The notes below the pieces were generated by a model. The model searched no databases. It was given only the letters and a program-made list of their open reading frames with translations, and was not told the DNA's origin. Source: an uncultured Alphaproteobacteria bacterium (GTDB lineage Bacteria; Pseudomonadota; Alphaproteobacteria; JAAXGF01). Taken from it: a DNA stretch of 51,106 nt. Numbering within the stretch: position 1 is the stretch's first letter; each line of letters opens with the position of its first letter. Positions 1 to 8,577 of this stretch are shown here, piece after piece. The stretch is from the NCBI GenBank assembly GCA_964475385.1, contig CAYYWV010000003.1, positions 1 through 51,106 on the forward strand. The letters run 5' to 3'. The position numbers and the translations under genes are program-made.

Positions 1-118
1 GCGCATGTGCGGGGGCGTTAGCGATTGTTAACCGCGTCCGGTTGCATAATGCGCCGTATCGCCTAGTCTTGCTCCGCTCCGCGCCGTTCGCCGCCCGCAA
101 CCCTTTCCGAGCCCGTCC

Positions 119-1228
119 ATGGACCAGCCGCCGATCATTCACCTCGTCGCCGGGGCCAGGCCCAACTTCATGAAGATCGCCCCGATCTACCACGCGCTCA
201 AGGACGCGGCGTGGTGCCGGGTGGCCGTCGTCCATACCGGTCAGCATTACGACGCCGACATGTCCGACGGCTTCTTCGCCGATCTCGGCCTGCCGGCGCC
301 CGACCACCACCTCGGCGTGGGCAGCGGCAGCCACGCCGAGCAGACCGGCGCGGTCATGATCGCCTACGAGCGGCTTTGCCGCGACGAGCGCCCGGCCTGG
401 ACGCTTGTGGTCGGCGACGTGAACTCGACGCTCGCCTGCGCGCTCGCCGCCGTGAAGCTCGGAATCCCGGTCGCCCATGTCGAGGCCGGGCTGCGCAGCC
501 GCGACCGCAGCATGCCCGAGGAGATCAACCGGATCGTGACCGACGCGCTCGCCGATCTTCTGTGGACGCCGTCGCCCGACGCCGACGAGAACCTGCGCGC
601 CGAAGGCGTGGAGGAGGAGCGGATCGAGTGCGTTGGCAACGTGATGATCGACTCCTACGAGCTCCTGCGGGGCGCGATCGAGGCCGCGAACAGCCGCGCG
701 CGCTTTGGCCTCGATCCCGGGGGCTATGGGGTGGTCACCCTTCACCGGCCGCACAACGTCGATCGGCCCGAGGCCCTGGAGGCGCTGGTGGCGGCGCTCG
801 CAAAGGTCGCCGCCCGCATTCCGATCGTCTTTCCGGTCCACCCCCGCACGCGCCGCCGTCTCGACGACTTCGGCCTCGCCGACCGGCTCGAAAGCGCTCC
901 CGGCGTCCATCTTGCGAGCCCGCTCACCTATGTGCCGTTCATGAGCCTGGTGCGCGAGGCGGCGCTGGTGATCACCGATTCGGGCGGCCTGCAAGAAGAG
1001 ACCACTTATCTCGGCATTCCCTGCCTGACCTTGCGCCCGACCACCGAGCGCCCGATCACCATCGCCCAGGGCACCAACCGGCTGGCCCGATGCGACGCCC
1101 TAGACGCCCTGGTCGAGCGGATTCTCGCCGGCGACTGGCCGCGCCCCGCGCCGCCCGCGCTGTGGGACGGTCGCGCGGCCGAGCGGATCGCGGCGAGCCT
1201 GCGCCGCCGGCTCGCCGAAGCGGTCTGA
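119..1228 (+). CDS. wecB: UDP-N-acetylglucosamine 2-epimerase (non-hydrolysing)
   Basis: Motifs GARPNFMKIAP, HTGQHYD, HVEAGLRS, PEEINR and TDSGGLQEE. Confidence 0.93.
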   Translation: MDQPPIIHLVAGARPNFMKIAPIYHALKDAAWCRVAVVHTGQHYDADMSDGFFADLGLPAPDHHLGVGSGSHAEQTGAVMIAYERLCRDERPAWTLVVGDVNSTLACALAAVKLGIPVAHVEAGLRSRDRSMPEEINRIVTDALADLLWTPSPDADENLRAEGVEEERIECVGNVMIDSYELLRGAIEAANSRARFGLDPGGYGVVTLHRPHNVDRPEALEALVAALAKVAARIPIVFPVHPRTRRRLDDFGLADRLESAPGVHLASPLTYVPFMSLVREAALVITDSGGLQEETTYLGIPCLTLRPTTERPITIAQGTNRLARCDALDALVERILAGDWPRPAPPALWDGRAAERIAASLRRRLAEAV

Positions 1229-1230
1229 TA

Positions 1231-1264
1231 CGCCGAGTCCATGAAATCATTCATGGGCTTGGCG
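1231..1264 (+). terminator. 15-bp stem-loop right after the wecB stop (terminator-like or REP-like, no U-tract)
   Basis: cgccgagtccatgaa-atca-ttcatgggcttggcg pairs fully with two G-U pairs. Confidence 0.45.
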
Positions 1265-1379
1265 GCAAGCGCGACTGCGCGTCCGAGCCTGTGCGAGGGA
1301 GCCTGCGCGGCGCTTGAACGCCCGGCGAGCCGGCGAACCGGATCGCCGGCATGAGGCGCGCTCCGGCCTTGCCGAGGCC

Positions 1380-1407
1380 CTTGAAACGGGCGGTCTCGAT
1401 TCTAAAT
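1380..1407 (+). promoter_or_regulatory. RpoH (sigma32)-type promoter of ibpA
   Basis: CTTGAA-N15-TCTAAAT, close to the alphaproteobacterial RpoH consensus CTTGAA-N15/16-CCTATAT, upstream of a small heat-shock gene. Confidence 0.7.
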
Positions 1408-1413
1408 TTCCGG

Positions 1414-1516
1414 GTGCGAAAAGCCGATTGCGGTTTTCGCAACGGGTCCGGCCGCATGTCGGCGGACCCTCAGGCAAAGGATGTCGATATCGCTTCTGAA
1501 GGAGGGTATTGCCATG
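1414..1516 (+). ncRNA. ROSE-type RNA thermometer in the ibpA 5' UTR
   Basis: Final hairpin AUAUC-G(bulge)-CUUC/UGAA/GGAG-GGUAU (1487-1509) contains the U(U/C)GCU motif and sequesters the SD; further hairpins at about 1417-1440 and 1445-1468. Confidence 0.8.
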
Positions 1517-1984
1517 CGTAGCTACGACTTCAGCCCGCTGTTCCGTGCGACGGTCGGCTTCGATCGTTGGAACGATCTGTTCGATTCGGTGTTCCGGATG
1601 GACGAGGGCGCCGTTTCCTACCCGCCCTACAACATCGAGAAGGTGGGTGAGGACGCCTACCGCATCACGATGGCGCTCGCCGGGTTCACCCGGGACGATC
1701 TGACGGTGACCGTGCAGGACAACCAGCTCATCATCGCCGGCAAGCGCGAGGAGCCGCGCGACGAAAACACGACCTATCTCTACCGCGGCATCGCGACCCG
1801 GGCGTTCGAGCGCAAGTTCAGCCTGGCCGATCACGTCAAGGTCGTCGGCGCCACGCTGAACAACGGCATGCTCGAGGTCGAACTGGTCCGCGAGCTGCCC
1901 GAGGCCATGAAGCCGCGGCAGATCGAGATCAAGACCGTTCCGGCCTCGAAGACCAAGGTCATCGAAGGCAAGAAGGCGGCCTGA
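1514..1984 (+). CDS. ibpA: Small heat-shock protein, Hsp20/IbpA family
   Basis: MRSYDFSPLFR, YPPYNIEK, YLYRGIATRAFERKF and NGML motifs; start moved to ATG 1514 after the GGAGG SD. Confidence 0.95.
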   Translation: MRSYDFSPLFRATVGFDRWNDLFDSVFRMDEGAVSYPPYNIEKVGEDAYRITMALAGFTRDDLTVTVQDNQLIIAGKREEPRDENTTYLYRGIATRAFERKFSLADHVKVVGATLNNGMLEVELVRELPEAMKPRQIEIKTVPASKTKVIEGKKAA

Positions 1985-2035
1985 AAGGCGCGTCTTGGAC
2001 GCCTGCTTCGGCGGGCGGCCGAAATGGTCTGGAAA

Positions 2036-2068
2036 GAGGGCGTCCGCTTCCGCGGGCGCTCTCGTTTT
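2036..2068 (+). terminator. Rho-independent terminator of ibpA
   Basis: gagggcgtccgc-ttcc-gcgggcgctctc followed by gtttt. Confidence 0.7.
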
Positions 2069-2160
2069 GCCTCTCGGGCGGCGCGCGGCCCCGCCGCTTC
2101 AGCCTTCCTTAACCCTGCCGCGCTATGCACGGACAGGCAGCCCAGCGCGACCGAGGCCCG

Positions 2161-2523
2161 ATGAGCGAAACCCATATCGAAGAGCGCTTCAACCGCCTCT
2201 TTTTCGAGCGGATTCCCCCTGCGGTCGCGCACAGCTTCTCGGAAGAGCAGATCGCGGCGGTCCGCACCGCCTTCATGGGCGAGCGCTGGGACGGGCACCG
2301 CGTCGACGTTCGCGGCACCGTGCCGCTTCTGGGCGGGCGCTGGTACTTCGTCTTCGTCGCCGGGCCCGATCGGCGCGGCGCCAAACGGCGGCGACAGAAG
2401 AGACGGCAGCGCGCGCCGTTGCGCCGGGCCTTCGGCTTTGCGGTCTCGGCGGTGATCGTCCTCTGGTTCGCCGCGCTGCTCGGCTATGTCTTCCTGCCCG
2501 AGGGGCTTCTCACCGGGCCGTAA
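2161..2523 (+). CDS. Small hypothetical membrane-anchored protein
   Basis: 120 aa; soluble N-terminus (SFSEEQIAAV...HRVDVRGT...RWYFVFVAGPDRR), a basic stretch, then one C-terminal TM helix. Confidence 0.75.
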   Translation: MSETHIEERFNRLFFERIPPAVAHSFSEEQIAAVRTAFMGERWDGHRVDVRGTVPLLGGRWYFVFVAGPDRRGAKRRRQKRRQRAPLRRAFGFAVSAVIVLWFAALLGYVFLPEGLLTGP

Positions 2524-2542
2524 CCAGGGCGTTTCCGGCTTG

Positions 2543-3955
2543 TCAGATCGGAGGGCGTCGACCGTTCCAGGGGCGGATGCGCTCGAACGCCTTGCCGATC
2601 TCGAGCGCGCCGAGGTCGTCGTAACGTCGCCCGACGATCTGAAGCCCTGTCGGCAGGCCGTCGCGGGTGAAGCCCGAGGGCACGGTCAACGCCGGGCACT
2701 GGCTCACGAAGTTGAACAGGTCGGTCATGTCGTAGCCGCAGTAGCGGCCGTCGGCGTCCGAGTGCCCGAAGGCTGAGTCGTCCGCGTCCACAGGTTGGGC
2801 CGGAAGCGCCATGGTCGGGCAGAGAAGGGCGTCGCAGCGCTCGAGGATCGGGGCGAGAGTCCGCCATTGGCGGGTGCGCACGAACTCGAGGCGCTTGAAC
2901 GAGACCGCATCCATGGCGAGCCCCGCCTCCATCAGGGCGACCACGCCCGGGTCCATGCGGTCGCGCCATTCGTCGAGATGCTGGCCGAAGAAGGTCGCGA
3001 GGTAGACGCCCCAGTGCGCGAGCCAGGCGTCCGAGATCTCGCGCGTCCACGGCAGCGCGACCTCTTCGATCTCGGCGCCGGCGTCTCTGAGCGCCTCGAC
3101 CGCGGCGCGCGTGTTGGCCGCCACGTCGTCGTCGAGCGCGTAGTAGCCGAGGTCGAGCGAGAACGCGAGCCGGCGCCCTTTGAGGTCGCCCGCGAGCGGA
3201 AGCGCGATGTCGAGCGGCGGCGACAGGGTCTGGATGTCGCGCTCGTCGGGGCCTTGGGTGACCGCGAGAAAGAGCGCCGCGTCGTCGACGCTGCGCGCGA
3301 GCGGCCCGAAGTGCGAAAGCGAATCGAACTGGCTCGGCAGGATCTCGAAGGGAATCCGCCCGAAGCTCGGCTTGAGGCCGACCACGCCGCACAGCGCCGC
3401 CGGAATCCGCACGGACCCCCCCATGTCCGAGCCTTCGGCGAGCGGCACGCAGCCGGTCGCCACCGCGACGCCCGCGCCGCCCGAGGAGCCGCCGGGCGAG
3501 CGATTCGGATCCCACGGGTTGCGGGTCACCCCCCAGAGCGGGCTTTCCGTGAAGCTCGAATAGGCGAACTCGGGCGTCGTCGTCTTGCCGATCAGGATCG
3601 CGCCCGCGGCGAGGAGCTTCTCGACCACCACGGCGTCGCGCTCGGGCACCCAGTGCTCGTAGACGCGCGAGCCCATGGTGGTCCGCTTGCCCCGGGTCGG
3701 CGTGAGATCCTTGATCGCGACCGGCACCCCGTGCAGCGGGCCGAGATCGGCGCCTTTCATGACCGCGTCCTCGGCCGCGCGGGCGCGCGCGAGCGCCTCG
3801 TCGGCGTAGACGAAGCAGAAGGCGTTGAGCTTCGGGTTCACCTCGTCGATGCGCGCGAGGCTGTTCTCCACCACCTCGACCGGCGAGAGGGCGCGGTCGC
3901 GGATGGCGCGCGCGGTCTCGGTCGCGGTCTGATATGCGAGCGTGAGATCGACCAT
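2543..3955 (-). CDS. Amidase-signature (GatA-like) amidase
   Basis: GPLHGVPVAIKD, GKTTTPEF, SPGGSSGG and GSDMGGSVRIPA; start set at MVDLT. Confidence 0.92.
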   Translation of the reverse strand: MVDLTLAYQTATETARAIRDRALSPVEVVENSLARIDEVNPKLNAFCFVYADEALARARAAEDAVMKGADLGPLHGVPVAIKDLTPTRGKRTTMGSRVYEHWVPERDAVVVEKLLAAGAILIGKTTTPEFAYSSFTESPLWGVTRNPWDPNRSPGGSSGGAGVAVATGCVPLAEGSDMGGSVRIPAALCGVVGLKPSFGRIPFEILPSQFDSLSHFGPLARSVDDAALFLAVTQGPDERDIQTLSPPLDIALPLAGDLKGRRLAFSLDLGYYALDDDVAANTRAAVEALRDAGAEIEEVALPWTREISDAWLAHWGVYLATFFGQHLDEWRDRMDPGVVALMEAGLAMDAVSFKRLEFVRTRQWRTLAPILERCDALLCPTMALPAQPVDADDSAFGHSDADGRYCGYDMTDLFNFVSQCPALTVPSGFTRDGLPTGLQIVGRRYDDLGALEIGKAFERIRPWNGRRPPI

Positions 3956-3989
3956 CGGTCCGAGATTAACGGAGAGAGGGAGCGGCCCG

Positions 3990-4613
3990 CTAGGGGGATT
4001 CCCAACAGGCGACCTTCGCGCTCCGCGTTGCGGGCGCGGGTCCGCCAAGGACGCGCCCGATCACCGCGGCGAGCGCGTCGAGGAACGATCCGGACGCGGC
4101 GAGCGCCGCTTCGAACGGCGCGAACAGCGGGCTTTCGCGCAGATCGCGGTTCGCGACGACCGGTATGCCTGCGGTCTCTCCGGCTTCGCCGTCGAAGGCG
4201 CTGCGGCAGACGAGGCGTCCGTCCGCGGTCGAAAACGCGATCTCGCCGCTTACCTGGGCCGCGGCGTAACGCAGGCGGCGTTTGCGCGCGAGACGCTCCA
4301 TGGAGTCGTAAAGCTGGCCCCGGGCGATGCCTGAGAGGCGGATGACGAGCCGCGCGTCGGCCTTGTCCGGGCGCGCGGCCGGGACCGCGCCGGCCGCGGC
4401 CAGCAGCCGGGCGGCGTGGCGGTCGAGCGGCAGCCGCAGGCGCGAGATCGCGAACGGGCCGGTCTCGACCGCGCCGGCGCGGAGACGGCGGTCGGCGGCG
4501 AACGACTGGACGATCTCGACGGCGACGCGCTGGGGCGGGACGGTCTCCGCGCCCGCCCGGGCGGGCGCGGCGAAGACCGCGACGAAGAACAGAGCGAGCA
4601 AGGGCCGGCGCAT
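3990..4613 (-). CDS. Hypothetical exported protein
   Basis: Signal peptide MRRPLLALFFVAVFAAPARA; C-terminal part of the 733-aa ORF; co-directional with the amidase, 34 bp upstream of it. Confidence 0.6.
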   Translation of the reverse strand: MRRPLLALFFVAVFAAPARAGAETVPPQRVAVEIVQSFAADRRLRAGAVETGPFAISRLRLPLDRHAARLLAAAGAVPAARPDKADARLVIRLSGIARGQLYDSMERLARKRRLRYAAAQVSGEIAFSTADGRLVCRSAFDGEAGETAGIPVVANRDLRESPLFAPFEAALAASGSFLDALAAVIGRVLGGPAPATRSAKVACWESP

Positions 4614-4766
4614 CGCGACAAGTTCGGGCAAGCCCCCGAACGAACGGTAGCCGCGCGGCAGGCCTTCGGCAAGCCGCAGGTCCAAGCAATGGCGCGATAG
4701 CGCACGGGCCATTCCCTGTGTTACCCCTGGACGGAGGGAGAAGGGCGCCGAGGCGACAGGCGGACG

Positions 4767-5966
4767 ATGCGCGTCATAAGGAACGAACAGGCGCCGGACG
4801 CCGACGGCGGCGCGGCAGCGCCGCTGAGCGAGGAAGCGCGTCGGCTGGGGCTGATCGTCGCCATCGCGAGCGCGACCCCGGCCGGGCTTTCGATCGGGCT
4901 CACTTGGCCTCTTCTGACGCTGATTCTCGAACGCGACGGGGTCGAGGCGACGATGATCGGCCTCAACAGCGCGATGTCGTCGTTCGCCGTGGTGGTCAGC
5001 GCGCCCATGATGCCCTGGCTGATCGGCCGCATCGGCACGCTGAGGGCGATGTGGCTCGGGATCGCCGTCGCCGTCGCGGCGATCCTTCTCCTGCCCGTGT
5101 TTCCCTCGCTTGAGGCCTGGTTCGCGCTGCGGTTCATCCTCGGCCTCGGGGCCGCGGTCCACTGGGTGGTGAGCGAGGCCTGGATCAATGCGGTCGCGAC
5201 CGAGCGCCGCCGCGGCCGGGTGATGGGCGTCTATGTGACCTTCTACGCCGGCGGGCTCGCCGGCGGACCGCTGATCCTCGGCCTGACCGGGATCGACGGC
5301 TTCGAGCCGTTCGTGATCGGCGCCGCGATTCTGGCGCTCGGCGCGCTTCCCCTTCTGTTCGCCCGCGGCGTCGCCCCGCCCCGGCCCCGGCGCGGCCCCG
5401 TGCGGCCGGCGGCGCTGTTCGCCGCCGCGCCGACCGTTATGGCGGTCGCGCTCGCCGCGGGGTTCTCGGATTCGGCGAGCTTCGCGTTCTTGCCGGTCTA
5501 CAGCCTGCGCAGCGGTTTTACCCAGGAGACGGCGGTGGTGATGCTGTCGGTGTTCGTCGCCGGCAACCTCGCGCTCCAGCTCCCGATCGGCTGGCTCGCC
5601 GATCGCATCGATCGTCGACTGATGCTCATCTTCTGCGCAGGAGTCGGGGTCGCCGGCCCGCTCGCGCTGCCGTTCGCGTTCGGCGACGCTTGGCTGACGT
5701 GGCCGCTTCTGTTCGTCTGGGGCGGCACGGTGGTCGGGCTCTATACGGTCGGGCTCACGTTGCTCGGCCAACGCTTCGGGCCGACCGAGATCGCCGCCGC
5801 CAACGCCACCTTCGTCACCTTCTACGAGATCGGCAGCATTCTGGGGCCGGTGACGGCCGGAGCCGCGATGACGGCTTGGGAACCGCACGGGCTGGTCGTA
5901 GCGCTCGCGCTCGCCTGCGGCGCATTCCTTGTCCTCGCCGTCGTCCGCTATCTTCGCGGGCGCTGA
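4767..5966 (+). CDS. MFS transporter (YcaD-like)
   Basis: About 12 hydrophobic segments; GWLADRIDRR MFS motif; SEAWIN...RGRVMGVY. Confidence 0.9.
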   Translation: MRVIRNEQAPDADGGAAAPLSEEARRLGLIVAIASATPAGLSIGLTWPLLTLILERDGVEATMIGLNSAMSSFAVVVSAPMMPWLIGRIGTLRAMWLGIAVAVAAILLLPVFPSLEAWFALRFILGLGAAVHWVVSEAWINAVATERRRGRVMGVYVTFYAGGLAGGPLILGLTGIDGFEPFVIGAAILALGALPLLFARGVAPPRPRRGPVRPAALFAAAPTVMAVALAAGFSDSASFAFLPVYSLRSGFTQETAVVMLSVFVAGNLALQLPIGWLADRIDRRLMLIFCAGVGVAGPLALPFAFGDAWLTWPLLFVWGGTVVGLYTVGLTLLGQRFGPTEIAAANATFVTFYEIGSILGPVTAGAAMTAWEPHGLVVALALACGAFLVLAVVRYLRGR

Positions 5967-6011
5967 ACCGCAGCACTGAGCAGCAGGGCCGACGCGACAA
6001 AGCCGGTGCCG

Positions 6012-6040
6012 TTGACGCGTTACCGGGCGTAGCGTACCCT
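6012..6040 (+). promoter_or_regulatory. Sigma70-type promoter of the polyamine ABC operon
   Basis: TTGACG-N17-TACCCT. Confidence 0.55.
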
Positions 6041-6283
6041 TTTTCGGGAACGGGTGGCCCGTTGAGCTGACAACCCGAAAGGGGGAGTTCGTTTCGACCG
6101 CCGACGGCGGGCGGCTGGGGCGCGACGCCGTCGGGGACGACCGGGTCAATCCGGATGTGTCGGATCGGCTGAGCCGGTCTCCCGGCGTCACGCGAACCGC
6201 GTTGGCTCCGGCTTCGGGCGAGTCCCGGTCTCACCGCTCGGGGGGTCGCTTTTACGGCTATCGCGTTTAAGGGAGGTACAATT

Positions 6284-7411
6284 ATGGACAAGAACGAGTT
6301 ACTCGACAAGATCGCGGCGGGGGGCATGACCCGGCGCGAGTTCAAGAAGGCGCTCGCCTCGTTCGGCATCGGCCTCGTCACCATGCCCCTGTTCTCGGGC
6401 CGCAGCCTGGCGGCGGCCAAGGACCAGCCGGTCGTGTTCACCTGGTCCGGCTACGAAGAAGAAGGCCTGCATCAGCCCTATAAGCGCAAGTATGGGGAGT
6501 TCCCCAACTTCTCCTTCTTCGGCGACGAGGAAGAGGCGTTCGCGAAGATTCGCGCGGGCTACAAGCCCGATATCTCGATGCCCTGCTCCTATAAGATTCC
6601 CGAGTGGTCCGACGCCGGCATTCTTCAGCCGATCGATACTTCTCGGTTGAGCGTGTGGGGCGATATCATCCCGAGCCTCAAGCAGGTTCCGGGCGTGGTG
6701 ATCGACGGCAAGCGCTACTGGGTCTGCATGGACTGGGGCCAGACCTCGATCATCTATCGGACCGATCTCGTCGATCCCGAGTACGAGAAGAACCCCACCT
6801 GGGGGCTTTTGTGGGACAAGCGCTACCGCGGCCGGATGTCGATGCTCGACAGCCTGATCGACGGCGTCATGGTGGCGGCGATCTACGGCGGCGCCAAGGA
6901 TCCCTTCAACATGACCAAGGATGAGGTCGCCAAGACCAAGAAGCTCCTTCAAGAGCAGCTTCCGCTTCTGCGCTACTACTCGAACAGCCCGACCGACGTG
7001 CAGCAGGCGTTGGCCTCGGGCGAGCTGGTCGCCGCGGTGGCGTGGAACGATTCCTACAGCAAGCTCGTCGACCAGGGCGTGCCGGTCAAGTTCATGAACC
7101 CCAAGGAAGGGGCCATGACCTGGACTTGCGGGATCGTTCTCATGAAAGACGCCGACCCCAAGAAGCTCGATCGCTCGTACGACGTGATCGATTCGATGCT
7201 GAGCCCCGAATCGGGCGCGTACGAGATCAAGGAGTTCGGCTACGGTCACGCCAATCAGAAGGCGTTCGATCTTGTGGGCGACGAGGTGCTCGCCAAGCGC
7301 GGCCTGACGCGGAACCCGGACGAGCTCATCAACTCGGGCATCTTCCAGCGCCCGATTCAGAACGAGCCCGAGCTTCAGGCCATGTTCGAAGAGGTCAAAG
7401 CCGGGCTCTGA
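6284..7411 (+). CDS. potD: Polyamine-type ABC substrate-binding protein (PotD/PotF family), Tat-exported
   Basis: TRREFKK twin-arginine signal; FTWSGY, WGQTSIIYR, AVAWN and PKEGAMTW; strong GGAGG SD. Confidence 0.85.
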   Translation: MDKNELLDKIAAGGMTRREFKKALASFGIGLVTMPLFSGRSLAAAKDQPVVFTWSGYEEEGLHQPYKRKYGEFPNFSFFGDEEEAFAKIRAGYKPDISMPCSYKIPEWSDAGILQPIDTSRLSVWGDIIPSLKQVPGVVIDGKRYWVCMDWGQTSIIYRTDLVDPEYEKNPTWGLLWDKRYRGRMSMLDSLIDGVMVAAIYGGAKDPFNMTKDEVAKTKKLLQEQLPLLRYYSNSPTDVQQALASGELVAAVAWNDSYSKLVDQGVPVKFMNPKEGAMTWTCGIVLMKDADPKKLDRSYDVIDSMLSPESGAYEIKEFGYGHANQKAFDLVGDEVLAKRGLTRNPDELINSGIFQRPIQNEPELQAMFEEVKAGL

Positions 7412-7644
7412 GAAGACGGCCTCCAGCTCGCGCGTGCGCGTTGTGTCCCCGGGATCCGCGGTAAGCCGTGAATGGTCCCGGGGGCGTGCGTATGTCTCGC
7501 ATCCAGACATAACCGTCTGCTATTCTGCCTCGCCTTTTCCTCCCCTGTCGGGCGCCCGCGACGCGCTCGGCAGGGAAGGAGAAGATGGCCAGAGGCCAAG
7601 ATCGTAGGGAACGGTGACGGAATTTCTCCCAGCGGGAGCGCTTC

Positions 7645-8577
7645 ATGGCTGAGCATGCGGTTCCGGCGGAGCGTTATGGCAAGGCGGCGAGCGGGCTGAG
7701 GGCGCGGTTGCGCGCGCTTTCTCTGCGCAGCGAGGCCTTTCGCGGCTACGCGCTGCTCTCGCCGACGCTGGGCTTCATGATCCTGGTGCTGGCAGTGCCG
7801 GTCGGGATCCTGGTCGTCTTCAGCTTCTGGACCCAGGTCTATCTCGACTTCGACAAGAGCTTCTCGCTCGCCAACTACATCGCTTATTTCCAAAAGCCCA
7901 TCTACAACAAGCTACTGTGGAAGTCGATCCGGATCTCGGGCATGGTCACCATCGCGACCGTGGTGCTGGCCTACCCGATGGCCTACTTCATCGCCTTCAA
8001 GGTGACCCGGCAGAAGCTCGTCTGGTTGATCCTGATCACGGTGCCGTTCTGGACGAGCTATCTGCTCCGCGTGTTCGCGTGGAAGATCATCCTCGGCTAC
8101 AACGGGGTCATCAACTCGGGGCTCGGCGCTCTGGGGCTGATCAAGGAGCCGCTCGAGTTCCTGCTTTACAACCCGACCGCGGTGGTGATCACGCTGGCGC
8201 ATGCCTGGGCGGCGTTTGCGATCCTGCCGATCTACGTGTCGCTCGAGAAGATCGACCGCTCGCTCCTCGAGGCGGCGACCGACCTCGGCGACGGGCCGGC
8301 GATGCGCTTTCTTAGGGTGACGCTGCCGTTATCCATGCCGGGGGTGATCGCGGCGAGCCTGCTCGTGTTCATCCCGACGGTCGGCGACTACGTAACGCCC
8401 AAGCTCGTCGGCGGCACCACGGGCATCATGATCGGCAACATCATCCAGTCGATGTTCGGCAAGGCCAACAACTGGCCCATGGGAGCGGCGCTTTCGGTGA
8501 TCTCGATGATCGTGATCACGATCCTGGTCACCGCTTTCCTGTGGTTCACCAAACGCGTGCGCAAGGGGATCGCATGA
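7645..8577 (+). CDS. potB: Polyamine ABC permease, PotB/PotH family
   Basis: PFWTSYLLRVFAW, EAA loop LLEAATDLGD, NWPMGAALS. Confidence 0.88.
   Translation: MAEHAVPAERYGKAASGLRARLRALSLRSEAFRGYALLSPTLGFMILVLAVPVGILVVFSFWTQVYLDFDKSFSLANYIAYFQKPIYNKLLWKSIRISGMVTIATVVLAYPMAYFIAFKVTRQKLVWLILITVPFWTSYLLRVFAWKIILGYNGVINSGLGALGLIKEPLEFLLYNPTAVVITLAHAWAAFAILPIYVSLEKIDRSLLEAATDLGDGPAMRFLRVTLPLSMPGVIAASLLVFIPTVGDYVTPKLVGGTTGIMIGNIIQSMFGKANNWPMGAALSVISMIVITILVTAFLWFTKRVRKGIA

Noticed and set aside
18-32. CtrA-like TTAG-N6-TTAAC upstream of wecB
   Set aside because: The spacing is wrong and one half-site is mismatched.
6061-6090. c-di-GMP-I or cobalamin riboswitch call for the GAAA hairpin
   Set aside because: It lacks the GCAAA and GGGAA...GCCCCCGCxACUGU consensus elements; kept only as an unassigned structured leader.
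3990-6191. 733-aa minus-strand ORF
   Set aside because: It is mostly antisense to the MFS gene; only the part from 4613 looks like a real protein.
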